From Methanopyrus kandleri AV19 (lineage in GTDB: Archaea; JAADCQ01; Methanopyri; Methanopyrales; Methanopyraceae), in assembly GCF_000007185.1 (NCBI RefSeq), contig NC_003551.1, positions 90,001 through 122,000 of the forward strand: a DNA stretch of 32,000 nucleotides. Reading direction: 5' to 3'. The notes below the pieces were generated by a model. The model saw only the letters and a list, made by a program, of their open reading frames with translations. It ran no database searches and was not told the DNA's origin. Positions 25,953-32,000 of this stretch are shown here, piece by piece. Each line of letters opens with the position of its first letter. Within the stretch, counting starts at the first letter, position 1. A program made the position numbers and the translations under genes.

Positions 25953-27214
25953 TCGTGGGCACCCACTCCCGACCCGAACCCGTACTTGACCTCCTGGAAC
26001 TCACGCCGGAGTTCCTCGACGTCCTTCCGGACCTCGGACGGCTCCCTGCGACCGAGCACGACGTCCGCGATCAGCTCGGCGATGTACTCCATCTCAGAAA
26101 GACCCATGCCCAACCGGGTGAGCTCCTGGGTGCCCAGCCGGATACCGCTCGGATCGTGGGATTTCGACTCGTCGTCCCAGGGTAGCAGGTTCTTGTTGCA
26201 CAGGATGTTGGCACTCTCCAGTTTTTCGGCGATGACCGCTCCCCCTCCTTGCTCCCGCACGTCCACGGCGATTTGATGGGACTCCGTGAAGCCCCGGTGC
26301 TCACAGAGTACCCGGAGCCCCTCGGCGTACAGAGCCTCGGCCAGAGCCTTAGCGTTCCGAACCGTGTCACGCGCGTATCGCTCCCCGTACTCCTTGAACT
26401 CCGCGAGCGCTACGGCCAGCGCCGCCACGTGGTGCAGGTGGTGGTTGCTCACGAGCCCCGGAAACACTGCCTCGTCGATGTCGTCGGCTAGATCCCGTTG
26501 ACAGAGCACGATTCCGCCCTGAGGACCCGGAAACGTCTTGTGAGTGCTTCCGGTGACCACGTGAGCGCCTTCTCGGATAGGGTCCTGGAACTGACCGCCG
26601 GCGATCAGTCCGAGCACGTGGGCGGCGTCGTACACCACGTAACCTCCGACGGCCTCCACGGCTTCTACGGCCTCCTCCACCGGATGTGGAAACAGGAACA
26701 GGCTAGCCCCGAGCATGACCACCGACGGCTCGACTTCCTCGATCTTGCGGACCATACCGTCGACGTCGATGGCCATATCCTCCTCGTCGAACGGTAGGTA
26801 CTCGACGTTGAGCCCTCTAACACCCGGAGCGCTGATATCGTGGTGGCTGATGTGACCCCCGTGGGAGATCCGAAGCCCCAAGATCGTGTCACCGGGCTCG
26901 GTCAACGCGAAGAGAGCGGCTAGGTTGGCCACCACGCCGGATGTGGGCTGGACGTTCGCGTGCTCGGCACCGAAGAGCTCTTTGGCCAGTCGTACACAGG
27001 CCAGCTCGACTTCGTCGATGTACTCACAACCCTCGTAAAGCCGCTCACCGGGTTTCCCTTCGGCGTACCGGTGCCCGAAATCCGTCACGAGCATCTCGCG
27101 CACCGCGGGGCTGGTCACGTTCTCGCTGGCGATCATGGGGAGGCACTTCTTCAGCCACTCGTGATGCTTCTCCACCGCCCGCACGACGGAATGTACGTCC
27201 TCCAACCCGAACAC
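25928..27214 (-). CDS. glyA: Serine hydroxymethyltransferase
   Basis: MIASENVTSPAVREML, GHRYAEGKPGERLYEGC, VTGSTHKTFPGPQGG PLP-lysine motif; GTG start at 27214 probable, upstream ORF extension to 27253. Confidence 0.93.
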   Translation of the reverse strand: MFGLEDVHSVVRAVEKHHEWLKKCLPMIASENVTSPAVREMLVTDFGHRYAEGKPGERLYEGCEYIDEVELACVRLAKELFGAEHANVQPTSGVVANLAALFALTEPGDTILGLRISHGGHISHHDISAPGVRGLNVEYLPFDEEDMAIDVDGMVRKIEEVEPSVVMLGASLFLFPHPVEEAVEAVEAVGGYVVYDAAHVLGLIAGGQFQDPIREGAHVVTGSTHKTFPGPQGGIVLCQRDLADDIDEAVFPGLVSNHHLHHVAALAVALAEFKEYGERYARDTVRNAKALAEALYAEGLRVLCEHRGFTESHQIAVDVREQGGGAVIAEKLESANILCNKNLLPWDDESKSHDPSGIRLGTQELTRLGMGLSEMEYIAELIADVVLGRREPSEVRKDVEELRREFQEVKYGFGSGVGAHEWPRLADW

Positions 27215-27228
27215 CCCGAGGGAGGGTT

Positions 27229-27816
27229 TTGACTTTGGTCGAGGCGCGAGCACTGGCCGAGGCAGTGACCAAAGGTGTGCTCACGCACGTCGAGGTGAGC
27301 GTAAAGCCAGGCTCCGGCCTGGTGCTGGATGTGGACGTTCCCAGAGCGGATCGGGTGAAAGACATCGTCAGATCACTCGTAACCCCGATCACGGGCATGT
27401 ATCAGGTCAGGGTCCGGATAACCAACGCGCGCGCCGAACCGGAAGCGGCGAATAAAAAGTGTCTCGCTACGGGGACGTTCACGGCCCTAGGGAAGGCGCT
27501 CATGGACGCGTTCTTCCCCGGTCGGGGTACCGAAGCCGTGAATAAGGCTCTCCTCAGGGTGCCTATAACCTCCGAAGAAGCGTATCGCGGCAAGAGGTTC
27601 GATCGTGTGTACGATCCCCGCAAGAAGCGTTGGATTCCAGCTCGGCCCGGTATGATGTGTAGAACCAAAGACGGGATGATATGCGCGGTCACGGACGATC
27701 CCGACGGTATCGCGCCCCCGGCCGCGGCCGAGAAGGACGCGAAGTTGGCCACGGTCCTGTGTGATACTCTGTTCGACATGCTCCTGGCTGAAAAGCCACC
27801 CACGGTGCGGGGGTAA
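27229..27816 (+). CDS. Conserved-looking hypothetical protein
   Basis: TTG start with gagggaggg SD-like sequence; no recognised motif; same strand as and 6 nt upstream of the Fe-S protein gene. Confidence 0.65.
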   Translation: MTLVEARALAEAVTKGVLTHVEVSVKPGSGLVLDVDVPRADRVKDIVRSLVTPITGMYQVRVRITNARAEPEAANKKCLATGTFTALGKALMDAFFPGRGTEAVNKALLRVPITSEEAYRGKRFDRVYDPRKKRWIPARPGMMCRTKDGMICAVTDDPDGIAPPAAAEKDAKLATVLCDTLFDMLLAEKPPTVRG

Positions 27817-27822
27817 GCGGGA

Positions 27823-28356
27823 GTGAGGCCCGAGTCCGAGGGCGTCCGCCAAGCTGCGCGCCTGATGGCGGTAGCCGCCCGCACAGCTCCGAAAACGAGG
27901 GGTATCGACGACATCGTCATCGAGATCGTGGAGGACGAGGACACGCTGGAGAAGATCGCCGAGCGGATGGAAGAAATTGCCGAGGAAAAGGGAGCCGACT
28001 TCTTCAAGCGCGACGCGGAGTGCCTCAGAAGATCGGAGTGCCTGGTGTTAATCGGTGTCAAGTCCAGCGGACCTTGCGGCCTCAACTGCGGCATGTGCGG
28101 AGCCTCCTGTGACGATATCGAGGAGCGCAGCGCGGACGTCGAGTTCGCGGGACCGATCTGCGGGTTCAAGCTGATCGATCTAGGAATCGCCTTGGGATCG
28201 GCGGCGAAGGTCGCCAACGATCTAGTGGTCGACAACCGACTGATGTACACCATCGGCGTCGCAGCACGCTCCTTGGGTGTAGTCGACGCGGACGTCGTGA
28301 TCGGAATCCCGCTATCCGCAACCGGGAAGAATATATACTTCGACAGAGAGGGCTAG
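27823..28356 (+). CDS. DUF2148-type ferredoxin-domain (Fe-S) protein
   Basis: C-terminal half; cysteine array SSGPCGLNCGMCGASCDDIE; MAVAARTAPKTRGIDDI N-terminal signature. Confidence 0.8.
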   Translation: MRPESEGVRQAARLMAVAARTAPKTRGIDDIVIEIVEDEDTLEKIAERMEEIAEEKGADFFKRDAECLRRSECLVLIGVKSSGPCGLNCGMCGASCDDIEERSADVEFAGPICGFKLIDLGIALGSAAKVANDLVVDNRLMYTIGVAARSLGVVDADVVIGIPLSATGKNIYFDREG

Positions 28357-28373
28357 CCGGGAGGGATCGCGCG

Positions 28374-28637
28374 ATGGCGCGCAATCCCAGACGTAAGGGT
28401 CGCGATGGATGGAAACAGTCGAAATCGCGTGGTAAGCCCTCGTTCGTGACCTGTGAGTGCTGCGGAGGAAAAGTACCACGACACAAGGCCATCCCCTGGA
28501 CGCAAGGGTTCAGGATCACCGACCCGGTGGTCCGTCAGGCGGTGGACGACCGATACGTTCACACTTTCAGTCGCAAGGTGTACTACTGCCCCAAGTGCGC
28601 CAGGTTCTTGGGGATTAGAAAGCCCAAACGCCGCTGA
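28374..28637 (+). CDS. Small basic Zn-ribbon protein, S26e-like
   Basis: FVTCECCGGKVPRHKAI ... RKVYYCPKCARFLGIRKPKRR; basic N-terminus MARNPRRKGRDGWKQSKSRGK. Confidence 0.6.
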   Translation: MARNPRRKGRDGWKQSKSRGKPSFVTCECCGGKVPRHKAIPWTQGFRITDPVVRQAVDDRYVHTFSRKVYYCPKCARFLGIRKPKRR

Positions 28638-28822
28638 TTCTCCCCCCACGGGATTCCGCGCGCCGCCCACACGCCACACGCCCTGGTTGTTTCGGGTTCT
28701 CCCTAACCAGCTTCCAGGTTTTTTCGCATAAACAGGTTTTAAGGAGTTGCCGTACCTCGTGCACGCCCAGTGTACAGCCTCCCGCGGGTTAACAGGGGGA
28801 AGCTGCGATCACCCTTCATGCC

Positions 28823-30259
28823 GTGTTGGGTGGTGGGTCAGTAGGTCACGTGGTAGCGGACGCACTGAGGGATCGTGGTGAAGAGGTGGTAATCGTCGAC
28901 TGCAACGAGGACCGTGCGGAGGTCCTGAGGGAGCAAGGCTTCGACGTGATTATCGGGGACATTACGGAGAAGGAAGTGTTACTTAAGGCGGGTATAGAAA
29001 GGGCCGTCATGGTGTACGTCCTCACCCCCGACGACGACGCGAACGCGGAAGCTATCAGACTGATTCGCGAGATCAACGAGGACACGTACGTCATCGCGCG
29101 GGTCACGGACGAGGAACGCGTTGAGGAGTTCAAGGAGCTCGGAGCGGACGAGGTTCTCTCCCCGAATCAGCTGCTGGTCGAGAAGTTGCTTCACAACATC
29201 GACAACGTGAGGAACCGCCGAAAAGTGCACGAGCTGTTAACGAAGCTCGAAGACGTGGAGACCCTGGCTATAATCCCGCACAACAACCCGGATCCCGACT
29301 CTATCGCCAGCGCTGTAGCCCTCCAGGAGATAGCCAGTATCGTCGACGTTCAATCCGACGTGGTGTATGGAGGCGAGATCGGCCATCAGGAGAACAAAGC
29401 CCTCGTGAACCTCCTCGATATCGAGATGAAGCGGATATCACGTGTCGACCTCGATGAGTACGATGCCATCGCCGTAGTGGACACCCCGGTCCTACCGCGG
29501 GAGCTGGCGGAGTACGACGGTATCGAGGATAGGATCCTGGTGGCGGTCGACCATCACGATTCGTCGGACGGCATGATGGACATGAACGGCACCTCTAAGA
29601 GCGCTCTAGAGCTCGCGGACTTCGTGGATCATAGACCTGAGGTCGGTGCGGCTTCTACGATACTCACCCAATACCTCAAGATCCTCGATAGGAACGTCGA
29701 CCGAAGGATAGCGACGGCGCTACTGTACGGTATCAGAACCGACACGCTGAACTTCACGAGGAACGTGTCACCGGAGGACCTCAAGGCGGCCGCGTATCTC
29801 TACCCGCGGGCCGATCACGAGGCGCTGGCTAAGATCGAGTCTCCGGACATCTCTCCCGAGACCCTCGACGTGCTCGGAGAGGCCATCCGCAACAGGACGG
29901 TTATCCGGAGCTACTTGTTCTCGAACGTGGGGTTCGTCAAGAACGAGGACGCCTTACCTCAAGCCGCCGACTACCTGCTCAACCTCGAAGGCGTTCACAC
30001 GGTCATAGTGTTCGGTGTGGTCAACGGCAAGGTGAAGATCTCCGCGCGAACGGACGATATCCGCCTGAACATAGGCGAGATAATGAAAGAAGCGTTCGGT
30101 GACGTGGGTTCCGCGGGAGGTCACTCGAAGGCCGCCGCGGCCGAGATCCCGTTAGGTATCTTCCAGGACGTCGAGAGCGACATGGTGCTCGACCTCGTCG
30201 AGCAGGCGGTACGTAAGCGGATCTTCAAGGTGATAGGTATCGAAGAGGAGGAGGACTGA
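28823..30259 (+). CDS. TrkA_N (RCK, Rossmann) domain fused to DHH-DHHA1 phosphoesterase
   Basis: LGGGSVGHVVADALRDRGEEVVIVD Rossmann motif; IIPHNNPDPDSIASAVAL, AVVDTP, VAVDHHDSSD, GIRTDTLNF, SAGGHSKAAAAEIP DHH/DHHA1 motifs. Confidence 0.9.
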   Translation: MLGGGSVGHVVADALRDRGEEVVIVDCNEDRAEVLREQGFDVIIGDITEKEVLLKAGIERAVMVYVLTPDDDANAEAIRLIREINEDTYVIARVTDEERVEEFKELGADEVLSPNQLLVEKLLHNIDNVRNRRKVHELLTKLEDVETLAIIPHNNPDPDSIASAVALQEIASIVDVQSDVVYGGEIGHQENKALVNLLDIEMKRISRVDLDEYDAIAVVDTPVLPRELAEYDGIEDRILVAVDHHDSSDGMMDMNGTSKSALELADFVDHRPEVGAASTILTQYLKILDRNVDRRIATALLYGIRTDTLNFTRNVSPEDLKAAAYLYPRADHEALAKIESPDISPETLDVLGEAIRNRTVIRSYLFSNVGFVKNEDALPQAADYLLNLEGVHTVIVFGVVNGKVKISARTDDIRLNIGEIMKEAFGDVGSAGGHSKAAAAEIPLGIFQDVESDMVLDLVEQAVRKRIFKVIGIEEEED

Positions 30260-30261
30260 AC

Positions 30262-32000
30262 TCACTCCACGGTTACGCTCTTGGCCAGGTTCCGTGGATA
30301 GTCCGGATCGATGCCTCTGGCCACGCTCATGTAGTACGCCAGCAACTGAAGCGGTACCGTGTAAACGATCGGGGAGAACACCTCGCTGATACTCGGCACT
30401 CGGATGACGTGATCGGAGTGCTCCTCCACGGCCTCGTCCTTCTCATCGGCCACGGTGATCACAGTGGCACCCCGAGCTTTCACCTCCTCGATGTTCGCGA
30501 GCATCTTCTCGTAGACGCCGCCTGGCTGAGCTACGGCGACCACCGGCACGCCTTCCTCGATCAACGCCAGCGGACCGTGCTTGAGCTCACCCGCCGGGTA
30601 CGCCTCCGCGTGCTGGTAGGTGATCTCCTTGAGCTTCAGTGCGCCCTCCATGGCGGTCGGGTATCCCGGACCACGGCCGATGAAGAACCAGTTGGGACGT
30701 TCCTTGTATCGACCACCCATCACCGCTATCTCACGCTCCCGCTCCCAGCTGAGTACCTCCTCCAACATCTCCGGAACCTTGTTCAGCTCCGCGTGGTACT
30801 CCTCCGCCTCCTTGTTCGTGATCTCCCCGAAGTGGCGGGCTAGCTCCACGGCCAGTGTGTACATCGCCGCGAGCTGCGCCGTGTAGGTCTTCGTGGCGGC
30901 GACGGCTTTCTCGAAGCCGGCGTGGGTGTACATGACGTGATCGACCTCGCGGGTGATCGTGCTCCCGACGACGTTGGTCAGCGCGATCGTCGTAGCTCCC
31001 CGAGCGTTCGCTTCTCGTACAGCCGCCAGCGTATCGGCGGTCTCACCCGACTGGGAGATGGCTAGAACGAGGGTATTCTCGTCGACGAGTTCCTTTGTCA
31101 CGTACCGGAACTCGGAGGCTATCACCACGTCCACGGGGAACTTCGCGAGCAACTCGGTGGCATACTTCGCGCCGAGTCCAGCGTGATACGAGGTACCGCA
31201 CGCGACGATGTACAACTTGGTGTAATCGCCGCCGACGAGCTCTTCCGCCATCTCCATGAGGTTCTCCCGTTCGATCCGTAGCGTGTTCCTGACGGCTTCG
31301 GGTTGCTCGTGGATCTCCTTGAGCATGAAGTGTGGATAACCGCGGCGTTCCAGCGTGTGCGGATCCTCTTCAACTATCTGCACTTCCTTCTCTTCCGTGA
31401 CATCCTCAAGGGTCTCCGCGTCCAGTATTCTGACCTCATCACGCTTCACCACGACGATCTCGCCGTCGTCGATAGGGATCACGCGGTTCGTCTCGGGTAG
31501 TATCGCCGGTATATCGGACGCCAAGAAGTTACCGTCGTCTCCCAACCCTACTACCAACGGGCTCTCCTTTCTAGCGGCCAGGATTACGTCGGGCTCGCGG
31601 GTACAAATGGCGGCGATGGCGTACGACCCCTCCAGCCGGCGCACGGCTTCGACGAACGCCTCGAAGAACGACTTCCCTTCCTTCATCCCCTGCTCGATGA
31701 GATGAGGTACGACCTCGGTGTCCGTCTCGGAGTCGAACCGGTGTCCCTTATCCTCCAGCTCCTCCCTAAGTTGCATGAAGTTCTCGATGATTCCGTTGTG
31801 TACGACCGCGATCTCGTCACGGCAGTCCGTGTGCGGATGCGCGTTACGGCGGTTAGGGTCTCCATGAGTCGCCCATCGGGTGTGTCCGATTCCAATCTTA
31901 CCGGGAAGCTTTCTGAGGCTACGCTGCAGCTTCGTCGGCTCGCCGCCTTCGGTAAGCTTCCCGGCATCCTTCTCGAGGTACAATCGACCCTCGTGGATCG
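30262..32000 (-). CDS. glmS: Glutamine--fructose-6-phosphate aminotransferase (isomerizing), 5' end beyond window
   Basis: [51 protein letters not shown], terminal [10 protein letters not shown]; N-terminal MCGI is outside the window. Confidence 0.95.

Noticed and set aside
27402-28253. 283-aa minus-strand ORF
   Set aside because: Antisense to the conserved hypothetical and the Cys-rich DUF2148-type protein.

Overview
GC-rich, gene-dense archaeal window. Protein sequences and a C8-type initiator tRNA point strongly to a Methanopyrus kandleri-like methanogen. I support about 27 protein genes and one tRNA. No CRISPR array, rRNA, transposon or clear mobile element was seen. From left to right: carbamoyltransferase (5'-truncated), archaeal riboflavin-pathway reductase, Zn-ribbon protein, exported BPL_N/GATase-like protein, initiator tRNA-Met (minus), tmk, hjc, asnB, a giant secreted protein with an AT-rich core, RNA-ligase-like nucleotidyltransferase, thiC, a tandem GGDD-palm/membrane protein, a hypothetical, lysC, a degenerate tyrosine-recombinase-like ORF, hel308, gamma-carbonic-anhydrase-like hexapeptide protein, mfnF, mfnD, YcaO, ftr, aroE, metallophosphoesterase, DUF98/chorismate-lyase-like protein, coiled-coil protein, serB, glyA, a conserved hypothetical, a DUF2148-type Fe-S protein, an S26e-like Zn-ribbon protein, a TrkA_N-DHH-DHHA1 fusion and glmS (5'-truncated). 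The most interesting items are: (1) the tRNA encodes C at position 8, where nearly all tRNAs have U; (2) a membrane protein with duplicated nucleotidyl-cyclase/GTP-cyclohydrolase-III/Cas10-like palm domains, translationally coupled to thiC; (3) a possible S26e-like ribosomal protein in a euryarchaeal context; (4) a C1-carrier gene neighbourhood (mfnD, mfnF, ycaO, ftr, DUF98, serB, glyA); (5) an integrase-like fold ORF lacking catalytic residues, coupled to lysC. All family calls are from reading motifs; no database search was run.
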